Origin: an uncultured Alphaproteobacteria bacterium
GTDB taxonomy: Bacteria > Pseudomonadota > Alphaproteobacteria > Rhodobacterales > Rhodobacteraceae
NCBI GenBank assembly: GCA_902619165.1
Contig: CACNDI010000013.1
Span: 1,843 to 65,842 of the forward strand
DNA: 64,000 nucleotides
Reading direction: 5' to 3'
The translations under genes and the position numbers were made by a program. Position 1 is the first letter of the stretch. Every line of letters begins with the position of its first letter. The notes beneath the pieces are model-generated. The model ran no database searches, was not told the DNA's origin, and saw nothing but the letters and a program-made list of their open reading frames with translations. This document shows, one piece after another, positions 30,522-41,127 of the stretch.

Positions 30522-31142
30522 ATGGGCAAAGAGAATGTAGGCATGGATCCAGAGGATCATGATGAGACGCTGAAAAAAGAGGAAGAACTTGCATCTTCAA
30601 CCGATAATGAGGAAGACGAAGCTAAAGATGAAGATGAGGAAACTGGAGAGGAAGAAAAAACATTAGAGGAACTTCAGGAAGAAAATAAAATTCTTTCAGA
30701 CAAAATGATGAGAGCACTCGCGGAAACAGAAAATATAAGGAAAAAGTTTTTCAAGGAAAAAAAAGACGCAGAAATTTATGGGGGCACAAAATTAGCAAGG
30801 GACTTATTGTCCGTGCTTGATAATCTTAATAGAGCCTTAGAAAGTGTAGACGATGAAATGGTAGAGAAGCAAAATGCTGTTATCGAGGGAATTGAGCTCA
30901 CAAAAAAGGAACTGCTAAACACTTTTTCAAACCATGAAATTAATGAATTGGCTCCTGAAGAGGGAGAAAAATTTGACCCTAAATTTCATCAAGCAATGTT
31001 TGAGGGTCCACACCCAAATATTGAAAAAGGAAATATTATACAAGTAATGGTAAATGGTTTTACAATAGGAGATAGACTTTTGAGGGCCGCACAGGTAGGG
31101 GTGTCCTCAGGAGTTATTCAAAATAAAGAAGAGAAAAGTTAG
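30522..31142 (+). CDS. grpE: nucleotide exchange factor GrpE
   Basis: Acidic N-terminus, then RALAETENIRKK, LLSVLDNLNRAL, KFDPKFHQAM and RLLRAAQVGVS. Confidence 0.9.
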   Translation: MGKENVGMDPEDHDETLKKEEELASSTDNEEDEAKDEDEETGEEEKTLEELQEENKILSDKMMRALAETENIRKKFFKEKKDAEIYGGTKLARDLLSVLDNLNRALESVDDEMVEKQNAVIEGIELTKKELLNTFSNHEINELAPEEGEKFDPKFHQAMFEGPHPNIEKGNIIQVMVNGFTIGDRLLRAAQVGVSSGVIQNKEEKS

Positions 31143-31154
31143 GAAATCTGATTT

Positions 31155-33720
31155 TTAGTTTTTACTCTTTAATTTTTGTAAAATATTCAGAGCTTCCAGA
31201 GGTGTTATAGAGTCCAAATCAATCTTCTCTAACTCATTATTGACTCTAATGAGCCTTTCCTTTTCAAAATCCTCTTCTTTTAAATGAATATCCTCTTGAT
31301 CTGCTCCTTTACTTTGAAGTTTTCCTAGTAACGCTTTAGCCTCTACGATAACATCGCTTGGAAAACCGGCTAGCTCTGCGACCTTTATTCCTAAAGAGCC
31401 TTTTGATTTCCCCTCAACTACTTTGTAGGAATAAATTATCTCGTCATTCCATTCTTTAATTTCACAAGAAACGTTTCTAACTTTGGAATTGTTTTTTTCA
31501 ATCTCTGTAAGCTCATGGTAGTGTGTCGCAAACAAAGTTCTGGATTTATTACTTCGCAAAACTTTCTCAATAATAGCCCACGCTATAGCTAACCCATCAA
31601 AGGTAGATGTCCCTCTTCCTATTTCATCCAAAATAATAAAAGATTTATCGTCAGCGTTTTTAACGATATTGCTTGTTTCTAGCATTTCTACCATAAACGT
31701 AGACTGTCCTTTGGAAATATTATCTGATGCTCCTATCCTGCTAAATAGCTTACTTGCAATCCCAATCTTAGCTTGCTTAGCGGGAACGTAGGACCCAATT
31801 TGTGCTAAAATAATGATGTGTGCATTTTGTCTCAGAAATGTTGATTTACCTGCCATATTAGGTCCAGTTATAAGCCACAAATGCTCATTTGTAGTTAACG
31901 AACAATCGTTAGGAACAAAGGCATTTAGGCTTTTCTTGAAAATTGTTTTTTCAACCACAGAATGGCGCCCATCTTTAATAATGAAATCTTTGCTATTATC
32001 TATTAATGGGCGGCACCAATTATGCATTTCAGCAATAAAGCCTAGAGTTGAGCAAACATCTAAAGAGGCAATTTTCCTTGATAAAAGTATGATATCTTTA
32101 CTTATCTCTATTACCTTTTGGTGTAATGCTTCCAATATTTTTATCTCTAACTCCAAAGCACTATTTCTGGCACTAAAAGTAGTTTTCTCTATATGATCAA
32201 GGCTAATACTTTTTATCCGAACAGTGTTAGCCGTTGTTTGTCTATGAAAAAATTCCTTGTCTTCCAATAATTTATCCTTGTAAGAAATTGGAGTCTCAAA
32301 AAAATAACCTAGAACATTGTTATATTTTAGTTTTAATGACTTTATTCCAGTTTTTTGTGAGTATTTTTTTTGCAATTCTAGAAGATCGGAATATGCTGTT
32401 CTTTCTATTAATTTAAATTCATTTAATTCATCGCTGAAACTTTCTTTAATAAACCCACCTTCCTTAATAGTGAGGGGTGGATCCTCTTTAATGGCCAAGT
32501 CTAGCTCTTTAAGTACCTTTATAAGATTATCTTCTAATAAATTCCCTTGATTAATGCTGTTTTCCTCAAGATGTATTAATATTTCTTTCAATTCAAAAAA
32601 TAGATTCATACCTATTTTTAATAAGAAAAGGTCTCTAGGATTTGGTCCAAGTCTTATTAACCGGGATAATGATCTTTCTGTATCAGGAAACTTACTTATT
32701 AAAGCTCTTACTTGCTCAGTAATTTGGAAATTATTATGAAACTCAGCAGTCCTTCTTTGCCATTTTAAAATCTGGTCTATTTGCGTGGATGGAGCATTTA
32801 ATCGCCTCTTAAGTAGTCTTGATCCCATAAGACTACAAGTTTTATCGACCACACCTAAGAGGGAAAGATTTTTTTCTCCTTCTAGCGAAGTATTTATTTC
32901 AAGATTCTTCCGGGTTGAAGGATCGATAGTCATTATATTTGAAAGCTCAACCTGCTCAGGGATATCGAAGTGGTCTAGAAAAAGATTTTTACTTTTCTTA
33001 AGATATTCGACGATAAGAGAAATTGACCCTAACAACACGGTATTAAGTTTTTCAAGACGTTCTGGACAGAAAAAAGAAGATAAGTAATCGATAAAAGTGT
33101 TTCTAGAAAAATCTTTTTTTACTTTCTAGCCAGGTTATTTCTGTTGGGGTGTATGATTTCAATATCGATAATTCCTTTTTATTAGCATATGAGATAGTTT
33201 CCTTTGGTGAAATTTGATCGATGAGCGTTAATAACTGCGACTCATTGCTTATAGTTGATTTGAACAAGCCAGTTGAGATATCTATCCAGCAAGAGCCCCA
33301 AGTGTTATCAAAGAAAAATAAGGCCATTAATATATTGTTTTCTTTTTGTACCAGAAAAGATTCTTCCAATTTTGTTCCAGGAGTTATTATTCTAACCACA
33401 TCTCTCTTTACAATTTCCTTATAACCTCTTTTTTTTGCCTCTTTTGGAGTTTCAAGCTGTTCACAAATGGCAACTTTCATATTCTTATCTAGAAGTGTTT
33501 TTATATAGCCCTCTGCCGAGTGAAAAGGAACTCCGCACATAGGTATGTCCTTTCCGTTATGTTGCCCTCTTTTTGTGAGTATAATATTTAAGGCATCTGA
33601 TGCTATCTCAGCGTCAGAAAAAAAAAGTTCATAAAAATCACCCATCCTAAAAAACAGAAGCGAGTCTTGGTGACAAGCCTTTATTTCTAGGTATTGCTGG
33701 ATTACGGGGGTTGTTTGCAC
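31155..33720 (-). pseudogene. mutS: DNA mismatch repair protein MutS, split by a single-base frameshift in an A7 tract
   Basis: ORF 33720-33103 encodes MutS domain I (TPVIQQYLEIKACHQDSLLFFRMGDFYELFF). ORF 33038-31155 encodes the core, clamp and ATPase (TIDPSTRKNLEI, GPNMAGKSTFLRQ, DEIGRGTSTFDG). The downstream frame is open back to 33125. Deleting one T from T7 at 33114-33120 (A7 on the coding strand) joins the two into one reading frame of about 854 aa. Confidence 0.8.
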
Positions 33721-33790
33721 CGCAATAGGTCTCGTAATTAAGGTTTTCTAAAGTTCAATACTGTAGAATTTGGAATAAGTATACAATGGT

Positions 33791-34933
33791 TTATTTACTA
33801 TTTTTCTCCCAAAAACTCTTCACTTTTGAAAAAAAGTTAGAATATTTTGGATTATTAGCGGTTTCCTGAAGAGACTTTTCAAATTGTCTAAGTAGATCTT
33901 TTTGGTTTTCATTGAGATTAACAGGCGTCTCTATATTTAGCTCTATGTATAAGTCACCGTACGAACTACCCCTGATACTAGGCATGCCTTTGCCTCGCAA
34001 TCGTAACTGTTTTCCACTTTGAATCCCAGCAGGAACTTTCACTCTCGTCTTTCCTCCGTCAAGAGTTGGCGCCTCAATATCACCACCAAGCGTGGCCGAC
34101 ACCATAGATATTGGTATTTGACAAAATAGATTAGTTCCCTCTCTCTGAAATATAGCGTGATCAAGAACCTCCGTAAAAATATATAGATCTCCTGCTGGAC
34201 CATTTTGTAATCCAGCCTCGCCCTCTCCGGTCAATCTAATCCGTGTTCCAGTCTCAACTCCAGCTGGTATATTTACACTTAGATTTTTATTTTTCTGGGT
34301 TGTTCCTGAACCTGAGCAAAAACGACATGGGTTTTTGTTCATCTGACCTTTTCCGGAACAGGTTGGACAAGTCCTTTCAACTGTAAAAAATCCTTGTTGG
34401 GCTCTAACTTTTCCCATTCCGCCGCATGTTGGGCATGAAGAAGGTTGAGTACCATCTTTACCTCCTGTTCCACTACATTGCTCACATTTAACAGAGGATG
34501 GAACTGTAATGGTGGTCGACTTTCCTTTGTAAGCTTCCTCTAATGATACGGACATGTTATATCTTAGATCTGACCCTCTTCTTGAGGAGGAGCTAGATCC
34601 TCGACGGGAAGAACCACCCATAAAGTCTCCAAAAAGGTCTTCAAATACATCTGAAAATGCTGACGAAAAATCCGCGCCTCCTCCCCCAGAGTTACCAAAA
34701 CCACCATTTTCAAAGGCCGCATGACCGTATTGATCATATGCTGCTTTTTTGTTTGGATCTTTAAGTATGTCATAAGCTTCATTGACGGCTTTAAACTCTT
34801 CTTCCGCTTTAGAGCTTCCTGAATTTTTATCTGGGTGAAGTTCTCTCGCCTTGGATCTAAACGCTTTTTTTATGTCTGCATCGGAAGAGCCCTTGGAAAT
34901 ACCAAGCGTTTCATAATAATCTCTTTTTGCCAT
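33791..34933 (-). CDS. dnaJ: molecular chaperone DnaJ
   Basis: J domain ([33 protein letters not shown]), a Gly-rich linker and four CxxCxGxG zinc-finger repeats. Confidence 0.95.
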   Translation of the reverse strand: MAKRDYYETLGISKGSSDADIKKAFRSKARELHPDKNSGSSKAEEEFKAVNEAYDILKDPNKKAAYDQYGHAAFENGGFGNSGGGGADFSSAFSDVFEDLFGDFMGGSSRRGSSSSSRRGSDLRYNMSVSLEEAYKGKSTTITVPSSVKCEQCSGTGGKDGTQPSSCPTCGGMGKVRAQQGFFTVERTCPTCSGKGQMNKNPCRFCSGSGTTQKNKNLSVNIPAGVETGTRIRLTGEGEAGLQNGPAGDLYIFTEVLDHAIFQREGTNLFCQIPISMVSATLGGDIEAPTLDGGKTRVKVPAGIQSGKQLRLRGKGMPSIRGSSYGDLYIELNIETPVNLNENQKDLLRQFEKSLQETANNPKYSNFFSKVKSFWEKNSK

Positions 34934-34970
34934 TTAGCTTCCCATATTTAGAAGGAACAAATATATTTAA

Positions 34971-36884
34971 TTATTTTTTTTGGTCATCCAAATCTTCAAA
35001 ATCGGCATCCACAATGTCACCGTCATCTTTATTTACATTATCATCGCCAGCTTCGGCTTCAGCAGAGTTTTTCTCTGCTTCGGCTTTATATATAGCCTCA
35101 CCTAGTTTCATTGATGCTTCGGATAAGTCTTGGCTTCTTGCTTTAATTTTTTCTGCATCATCACTTTCTAACACTTCCTTTAAAGCTTTCATGGCGAGTT
35201 CCATAGCCTCAATGGTAGATGGGTCAACTTTATCACCATGCTCCTCAATCGATTTTTCGGTACTATGGATAAGACTTTCAGCCTGGTTTTTCGCTTCAAC
35301 AATATCTTTTTTGGCCTTGTCAGATTCGGCATTTTCTTCCGCGTCTTGAACCATCTTATCTATTTCCTCTTCAGAAAGTCCACCAGATGCCTGTAGAGTT
35401 ATTTTTTGTTCTTTACCTGTGCCTTTGTCTTTTGCAGATACAGAAACAATGCCGTTTGCATCTATATCGAAGGTAACCTCAATCTGTGGCATACCTCTTG
35501 GCGCAGGAGGTATTTCCTCTAAGTTGAATTTTCCAAGCTCTTTATTATCCGTAGCCATTTCTCGTTCACCTTGGAATACTCGTATAGTTACGGCACTTTG
35601 ATTATCTTCAGCAGTAGAAAACACTTGGCTTTTCTTCGTTGGAATGGTTGTATTTCGATCTATCAGTCTTGTAAATACGCCACCTAAAGTTTCTATTCCT
35701 AAGCTTAATGGCGTAACGTCTAAAAGAACGACATCTTTCACATCGCCTTGTAAAACCCCAGCTTGAATAGCAGCACCCATTGCAACAACTTCATCAGGAT
35801 TAACGCCCTTGTGAGGCTCTTTTCCGAAGAAACTGGTTACTTCTTCAATAACTTTAGGCATTCTTGTCATGCCACCAACAAGAACCACCTCATCTATGTC
35901 GTCTTTTTTAACATCTGCATCTGTTATAGCAGCCTGACATGGTTTTAGTGACCTGGCTATTAGATCTGCTACCAGGCTCTCAAGTTTTGCCCTTGTTAGT
36001 TTCATCACTAAATGCAAAGGCTGACTAGTTTTTGGATCCATAGATATAAAAGGTTGGTTAATTTCAGTTTGGCTTGAAGATGAAAGTTCTATCTTCGCCT
36101 TCTCGGCGGCCTCTTTTAGCCGCTGTAGGGCCATTTTGTCGGCCTTTAAATCAACGCCACTTTCTTTTTTGAACTCCTCTGCCAAATGATCAACAATCCT
36201 TAGATCAAAGTCTTCGCCCCCTAAAAACGTATCTCCATTAGTTGATTTGACCTCAAAAAGCCCATCATCGATTTCTAAAATAGAAATATCAAATGTACCT
36301 CCCCCTAAGTCATAAACAGCTATGGTTTTTCCGCCTTTTTTTTCCAATCCATATGCAAGAGCAGCTGCGGTAGGTTCATTTATAATTCTAAGAACTTCTA
36401 ACCCGGCAATTTTTCCTGCATCTTTTGTTGCTTGCCTTTGTGCATCATTAAAATAAGCCGGCACAGTAATAACTGCCTGTGTTACCCCGTCTCCTAGGTG
36501 ACTTTCCGCGGTTTCTTTCATTTTCTGCAATATAAAAGCTGATATCTGACTTGGAGAGTACTTTTCACCTTTTGCCTCGACCCAGGCATCTTTATTACTC
36601 CCCTCGACAATGTTGTAAGGAACCATCTTTTTGTCTTTAGTAACCATTGGGTCGTTATATTGCCTTCCAATTAATCTTTTAACTGCGAAAAGAGTGTCCG
36701 ATGGGTTTGTAACAGCTTGTCTTTTGGCCGGTTGACCGACTAGGCGTTCATCATCAGTAAATCCTACAATTGATGGTGTTGTTCTAGCGCCCTCGGAGTT
36801 TTCAACAACCTTAGCGTTTGCGCCTTCCATTATTGCCACACATGAATTTGTTGTTCCCAAGTCTATACCGATTACCTTACCCAT
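34971..36884 (-). CDS. dnaK: molecular chaperone DnaK (Hsp70)
   Basis: [27 protein letters not shown] and [10 protein letters not shown]. The true ATG is at 36884. The track's 17-codon upstream extension overlaps the promoter region and is rejected. Confidence 0.95.
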   Translation of the reverse strand: MGKVIGIDLGTTNSCVAIMEGANAKVVENSEGARTTPSIVGFTDDERLVGQPAKRQAVTNPSDTLFAVKRLIGRQYNDPMVTKDKKMVPYNIVEGSNKDAWVEAKGEKYSPSQISAFILQKMKETAESHLGDGVTQAVITVPAYFNDAQRQATKDAGKIAGLEVLRIINEPTAAALAYGLEKKGGKTIAVYDLGGGTFDISILEIDDGLFEVKSTNGDTFLGGEDFDLRIVDHLAEEFKKESGVDLKADKMALQRLKEAAEKAKIELSSSSQTEINQPFISMDPKTSQPLHLVMKLTRAKLESLVADLIARSLKPCQAAITDADVKKDDIDEVVLVGGMTRMPKVIEEVTSFFGKEPHKGVNPDEVVAMGAAIQAGVLQGDVKDVVLLDVTPLSLGIETLGGVFTRLIDRNTTIPTKKSQVFSTAEDNQSAVTIRVFQGEREMATDNKELGKFNLEEIPPAPRGMPQIEVTFDIDANGIVSVSAKDKGTGKEQKITLQASGGLSEEEIDKMVQDAEENAESDKAKKDIVEAKNQAESLIHSTEKSIEEHGDKVDPSTIEAMELAMKALKEVLESDDAEKIKARSQDLSEASMKLGEAIYKAEAEKNSAEAEAGDDNVNKDDGDIVDADFEDLDDQKK

Positions 36885-36925
36885 AGTTTGACCTTTCAAA
36901 TAAATAATATCGTTAATTGTATGGT

Positions 36926-36953
36926 ATATAGGCAATTAATTTTATCGTGCAAG
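36926..36953 (-). promoter_or_regulatory. sigma-32 (RpoH)-type heat-shock promoter of dnaK
   Basis: The minus strand reads CTTG-cacgataaaattaattg-CCTATAT. This is an exact match to the alphaproteobacterial RpoH consensus CTTG-N17-CYTATNT, ending 41 nt upstream of the dnaK ATG. Confidence 0.55.
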
Positions 36954-37014
36954 ATTAGATGATGCTAAAAATGTATTTTTGTTGTATGACGGTTGACATA
37001 TTTAGGTTTAGCGC

Positions 37015-37800
37015 ATGATTGATACACTGATTGAATTAGCCACCGAGGCAGGGATAACTATACGTGAAATTTATGAGAGTGGTAAATTTAGTACATCTGT
37101 TAAAAGTGACAGGTCTCCTGTAACAACAGCTGATGAAAAAGCGAACGAAATAATTTTAAAAGGTCTAAACAAACAATTTCCTAGGATACCAGCAATATCG
37201 GAGGAATCCGAAAATAGATCTTTAGAGAAGGAAGCATTTTTCATTATCGATCCATTGGACGGAACAAAAGGGTTTTTAAACAAAACCAACAATTTCACTG
37301 TAAATATAGCTTTCATTAATAATCGTAAACCCGAGTTAGGAGTTATTTATAGCCCAATAAGCGGCGAACTCTTTTACACCTCACCCTATCGGGAAAGTTT
37401 CAAATATAACTTCTTAAAAAAAACTGAGAAAGTAAAAATATCGGGGAAGTCAGAAAATAGAGAAGCACTCACCCTGATAACTTCTGAAAATAATTTTAAT
37501 GGAAGAGAAAGTAAAATTTTTAAAGTCGATTGTGAGCTTGATACTCTAAAAATTGGCTCATCAATTAAATTCTGTAGGCTTGCGGAAGGGAAAGCGGATA
37601 TTTATCCAAGATTTGGCCGAACCATGGAGTGGGATACGGCTGCAGGACACGCAATACTTAAATATTCAGGTGGCTCCCTAATTGATGTAAATACAAAAAA
37701 GGAGCTAGTTTATGGAAAAAAAGACTATGAGAATGGGAGCTTTATGGCGCTCAGAGAGCTAAAAGACATAAAAAAAATAGATTGGCTGAGGCTGACGTGA
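37015..37800 (+). CDS. cysQ: 3'(2'),5'-bisphosphate nucleotidase (inositol monophosphatase family)
   Basis: SPVTTADEKANEII, FFIIDPLDGTKGF and WDTAAGHAIL, the IMPase/CysQ motifs. Confidence 0.75.
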   Translation: MIDTLIELATEAGITIREIYESGKFSTSVKSDRSPVTTADEKANEIILKGLNKQFPRIPAISEESENRSLEKEAFFIIDPLDGTKGFLNKTNNFTVNIAFINNRKPELGVIYSPISGELFYTSPYRESFKYNFLKKTEKVKISGKSENREALTLITSENNFNGRESKIFKVDCELDTLKIGSSIKFCRLAEGKADIYPRFGRTMEWDTAAGHAILKYSGGSLIDVNTKKELVYGKKDYENGSFMALRELKDIKKIDWLRLT

Positions 37801-37804
37801 CACA

Positions 37805-37833
37805 GCTAAAAGCTTTCACCGTTAAGCTTTAGC
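37805..37833 (+). terminator. hairpin immediately after the cysQ stop (possible terminator, no U-tract)
   Basis: GCTAAAAGCTT (37805-37815) pairs with AAGCTTTAGC (37824-37833), giving 10 bp with one bulged A and an 8-nt loop. No T-run follows. Confidence 0.25.
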
Positions 37834-37934
37834 CGCCAACAATCTATAAATGGGGTTTTGGTCGGAGTAAACTTCCACACACAGAAAATTTTAAAAGTTG
37901 TAGATGTAAAGAGTGAAAGTTAAAACTTTAGGGC

Positions 37935-38402
37935 TCAAGCAGCTTTTGAGTCTTCATTGCTTGTTAGTATTGCAAACAAAGACTCGGCATTTTCTGAAGA
38001 CCTGAGTTTAGACCTGATTTCTTTATCGCTGAACACTCTTGAAACCATTGCAAGGGCTTTGAGATGTTCAGTGCCGCCATTGTCTTCTGGAGCTAACAAC
38101 GTAAATACAAGATCTACCGGCTGCTTGTCGGCTGCTTCAAAATCAATTGGGCGCTCTAAGCTTACAAAAAAACCAATTATTTTCGTTAATCCTTTTATTT
38201 TTACGTGAGGGATTGCCACACCATTTCCAATTCCAGTGGGTCCAAGAATTTCACGCTGCTGCAGAGACTTAGCGATATTCATATATGGAATCCCTACATG
38301 TTCTGACGCTATATTAGCAACGTCTTGCAAAAGTTGCTTTTTGTTAGCTGACTTAACCTTTGATCTAATCGCCTTTCTGCATAGTATTTCGTACATTTTC
38401 AT
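37935..38402 (-). CDS. ptsN: PTS IIA-like nitrogen regulatory protein PtsN (EIIA-Ntr)
   Basis: 155 aa; REILGPTGIGNGVAIPHVKIKGL contains the phosphorylatable His. Confidence 0.8.
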   Translation of the reverse strand: MKMYEILCRKAIRSKVKSANKKQLLQDVANIASEHVGIPYMNIAKSLQQREILGPTGIGNGVAIPHVKIKGLTKIIGFFVSLERPIDFEAADKQPVDLVFTLLAPEDNGGTEHLKALAMVSRVFSDKEIRSKLRSSENAESLFAILTSNEDSKAA

Positions 38403-38472
38403 TTGAAAAATCCCCCGATCATTTTGGACGTTACAATAAAAAAATATTTTTTTCTAGCGTTTTATCTAATTT

Positions 38473-39237
38473 TTACAAAGCGAATTTTTCGCCCAAATAA
38501 ACCCGCCTCACGTCTTGATCACTTATAACAAACTCAGGGGTTCCATACTTGATAATTTTTCCATCGTTTATAATGTAGGCTCTATCAACTATTTTAAGTG
38601 TTTCTCTCACGTTATGATCAGTGATTAGAACTCCTATGTTTCTATTTTTTAGCTCTCGGACTAACCCTCTTATTTCATCAATAGATATTGGATCAACTCC
38701 AGCAAATGGCTCATCTAGTAAGATATACTTAGGTTGGCTGGCTAGACACCGTGCTATCTCAACCCTTCTTCTTTCGCCACCTGAAAGGTTGACTGCTTTA
38801 GCATTTCGGAGATGAGTTATTGAAAACTCGCCTAATAATTGTTCAAGTTTTTTCCGTCTCTCCTTTGGCTCACTAATTTTCAGCTCCAATATTGCATCAA
38901 TATTTTTCTCAACATTCAGACCTTTAAAAATTGACGATTCTTGAGGAAGGTACCCTAGACCTGCTTTCGACCTTCTATACATAGGAAGGTTTGATATTTC
39001 ATCACCATCCAATCTAATGGAACCACCATCTGATCTATGTAATCCTATAATAATATTAAATGCTGTTGTTTTTCCTGCGCCATTTGGACCAAGTAAACTA
39101 ACTACCTCACCTCTAGTTACGGATATATTGAAATCCATTAAAGCTAATCGGGATTTATATACTTTTCTTAAACCCTGGACTTTCAACCCAATTTCTTCAT
39201 TCGTTAGGTTATCCACAGTTAGATATGGCTTTATCAA
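38473..39237 (-). CDS. lptB: LPS export ABC transporter ATP-binding protein LptB
   Basis: [27 protein letters not shown] and [15 protein letters not shown] start with AAGGA 6 nt upstream. Confidence 0.9.
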   Translation of the reverse strand: MIKPYLTVDNLTNEEIGLKVQGLRKVYKSRLALMDFNISVTRGEVVSLLGPNGAGKTTAFNIIIGLHRSDGGSIRLDGDEISNLPMYRRSKAGLGYLPQESSIFKGLNVEKNIDAILELKISEPKERRKKLEQLLGEFSITHLRNAKAVNLSGGERRRVEIARCLASQPKYILLDEPFAGVDPISIDEIRGLVRELKNRNIGVLITDHNVRETLKIVDRAYIINDGKIIKYGTPEFVISDQDVRRVYLGEKFAL

Positions 39238-39248
39238 TTCTTATCCTT

Positions 39249-39752
39249 TTAGTTCTTTATAAAAGATTCCTTTATTCCCTCAAAATCTACTGTTTCGGTC
39301 ACTAAATCAACATTTATTTTTTCTGCTCTAATTATTGATTCACCTTGAGAAAATTCAACATCGCCCTCTATCGAGACAAACTTTTTATCTAAATCCATAA
39401 TAAGTTTGTCTCCCTTTGCGGAGATATCCTTGTTATTTGTAAAATATATGTTTTTACTCGCTTCAATTATTTTAACATCAGGGGAATCTATACTATTGGT
39501 TTTTGCAATTAAAAGATCTGACTTGATTACATATTGCCCATAAGAAATTTTTACTTCACCAGATAAATGTAAAATACCATTGCTCTTTTTAATTTGTGCA
39601 GTATCTGAACTAAACCTTAACACTTCTCTTTTTACTTCAGAAGTAATCCCTGCTCCATGCATTAATAACAAAAAAAGTGAAATTTTAATCATTAGTAACA
39701 GTGATTTTTTCACAGAATCACCTGTCATTGATTTAATCAAAAAATATTTCAA
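39249..39752 (-). CDS. lptA: LPS transport periplasmic protein LptA (OstA-like)
   Basis: Signal peptide followed by a repetitive beta-jellyroll-like sequence. It occupies the conserved slot between lptC and lptB. Confidence 0.65.
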   Translation of the reverse strand: MKYFLIKSMTGDSVKKSLLLMIKISLFLLLMHGAGITSEVKREVLRFSSDTAQIKKSNGILHLSGEVKISYGQYVIKSDLLIAKTNSIDSPDVKIIEASKNIYFTNNKDISAKGDKLIMDLDKKFVSIEGDVEFSQGESIIRAEKINVDLVTETVDFEGIKESFIKN

Positions 39753-40329
39753 TTTCTACTCCGTCGGTAAAAAATATTTCTTCGCCTAAGTCTGAATTAT
39801 AATGGTATTCCATTTTCCCACTTGCTATATAGCCGAATTCAGTCTCTGCCGATATTGTTTTAGGTCCAATAAATAATTTTCGCTCAAAATCGCCAATTAA
39901 CTCCTCAGTTCTTATTAGTGTTCCCCACGAGTTTTTTAGGGAAAGATTACCATTAAAAAATATATTTTTCTTATCTAAATTGAGGCTTGCAAAATCAGAT
40001 GAAAAGTTAAACCTCTGCTCACTATCAAAGGAAATTTCGCCGAGTGGTTTGGATAATATAACAGTTCTGTCATTTTGGTGACTAGGATTTAAAGCTTTGG
40101 CATGAAAATCAAAAGTTCCACCATCTGAGGTATTTCCTGTAATGTGGGTATTCCTTGCTTGGTATTTTAAGCCGATTCTTACATCGTTTGTTACAACTTT
40201 AAATGATGGGTCCACTTTTTTTGAATAAGAGAAGACAAAAATGACTAAAAATAGCAAGCCTGCACTAAACCCTAGAGTTAATTTAAGGCAAAAAACTAGC
40301 CTAGTATATTTGGTTGCATCAGTCGCCAT
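39733..40329 (-). CDS. lptC: LPS export system protein LptC-like
   Basis: Single N-terminal transmembrane anchor (LTLGFSAGLLFLVIFVF) and a beta-rich periplasmic domain. Called mainly from position upstream of lptA-lptB. Confidence 0.5.
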   Translation of the reverse strand: MATDATKYTRLVFCLKLTLGFSAGLLFLVIFVFSYSKKVDPSFKVVTNDVRIGLKYQARNTHITGNTSDGGTFDFHAKALNPSHQNDRTVILSKPLGEISFDSEQRFNFSSDFASLNLDKKNIFFNGNLSLKNSWGTLIRTEELIGDFERKLFIGPKTISAETEFGYIASGKMEYHYNSDLGEEIFFTDGVEIEIFFD

Positions 40330-40397
40330 GGCCTGTACATGTTATTTCATTTGCTGATTAAATTAAAGCTCAATGGGTTTTAAAAGTTCTGAAAAAA

Positions 40398-41009
40398 CTA
40401 ATGTGAAAAAGGATCTACATCATCCCATCCCAAGTTATCTAATTCGCATCTGGTAGGCAGAAAACGACATGTTTTCTCAAAAATATCGTATCTATCTTCA
40501 CGCTTCAAAATTTTATCTAAATGTTGCTTAATTTTATGCAAATATAAGACGTCTTGCTTAGCGTAATTAATTTGTTTGTCATTCAAAACGTCTGCTCCCC
40601 AGTAAGATGACTGTTGCTCTTTAGATATATCAATTGATAATATCTCCTTCACTAGATTTTTGAGGCCGTGGCTTTGAGAAAAAGTCCTTCCTATTTTTGA
40701 TGCTATTTTAGTGCAATAAATATTTTGGGTCATAAAATTTAAGTTTCTGTGAAGGACACCAATGTCAAATCTGGCATAGTGAAATATTTTTGTCACCTTT
40801 TTACTAGTCATTAGTTTAGCCAGATTCGGAGCTTTTTTCTGGTTTTTATCAATTTGAATTAAGTAAACTGTTCCCTCATTGCTTGCTATCTGTACCAAAC
40901 ATAATCTATCTCTACCAAACTTTAAGCCCATAGTCTCTGTGTCTACCGCTATCTCTCTTCCTAGGTCAAAATTTTTGGGTATGTCGTTCTTGTAGATAGT
41001 AACAGCCAT
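40398..41009 (-). CDS. 3'-5' exonuclease, RNase D-like (DEDDy family, short form)
   Basis: IAVDTETMGL, FHYARFDIGVL and INYAKQDVLYLHKI. ATG at 41009 with AAGGA upstream is preferred over the track's TTG at 41021. Confidence 0.75.
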   Translation of the reverse strand: MAVTIYKNDIPKNFDLGREIAVDTETMGLKFGRDRLCLVQIASNEGTVYLIQIDKNQKKAPNLAKLMTSKKVTKIFHYARFDIGVLHRNLNFMTQNIYCTKIASKIGRTFSQSHGLKNLVKEILSIDISKEQQSSYWGADVLNDKQINYAKQDVLYLHKIKQHLDKILKREDRYDIFEKTCRFLPTRCELDNLGWDDVDPFSH

Positions 41010-41080
41010 TTTTTCCTTCAATGAATTATTTAAGCTCTATTTAATAAATTTTTAGTAATTTGTAAATTTTTAATGATATG

Positions 41081-41096
41081 TAGAGTAATTACTCTA
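41081..41096. promoter_or_regulatory. perfect 16-bp palindrome in a divergent promoter gap (possible operator)
   Basis: TAGAGTAATTACTCTA lies 32 nt upstream of the NDUFA9-like ATG (41128) and 72 nt upstream of the RNase D-like ATG (41009). Confidence 0.25.
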
Positions 41097-41127
41097 TCTT
41101 ACATATAATTTTCGAGGAATAAACTTA

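Noticed and set aside
34927-35349. 140-aa plus-strand ORF antisense to the 3' end of dnaK (Ser/Ala/Phe-rich)
   Set aside because: It lies entirely within dnaK on the opposite strand and is low complexity, with no start context or motif. Long open antisense frames are a known by-product of codon bias in Hsp70 genes.
36885-36935. N-terminal extensions of the longest ORFs for dnaK (17 codons) and hemE (14 codons, 19850-19891)
   Set aside because: Both extensions precede canonical conserved N-termini ([20 protein letters not shown]...PPIWFMRQAGRY). Both lie in promoter or A/T-only sequence.
39209-39217. Perfect DnaA box TTATCCACA
   Set aside because: It is a single isolated copy inside the lptB coding region, where it is read as T-V-D-N. 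About 0.5 perfect copies are expected by chance in 64 kb on both strands. There is no AT-rich unwinding region or clustered boxes nearby.
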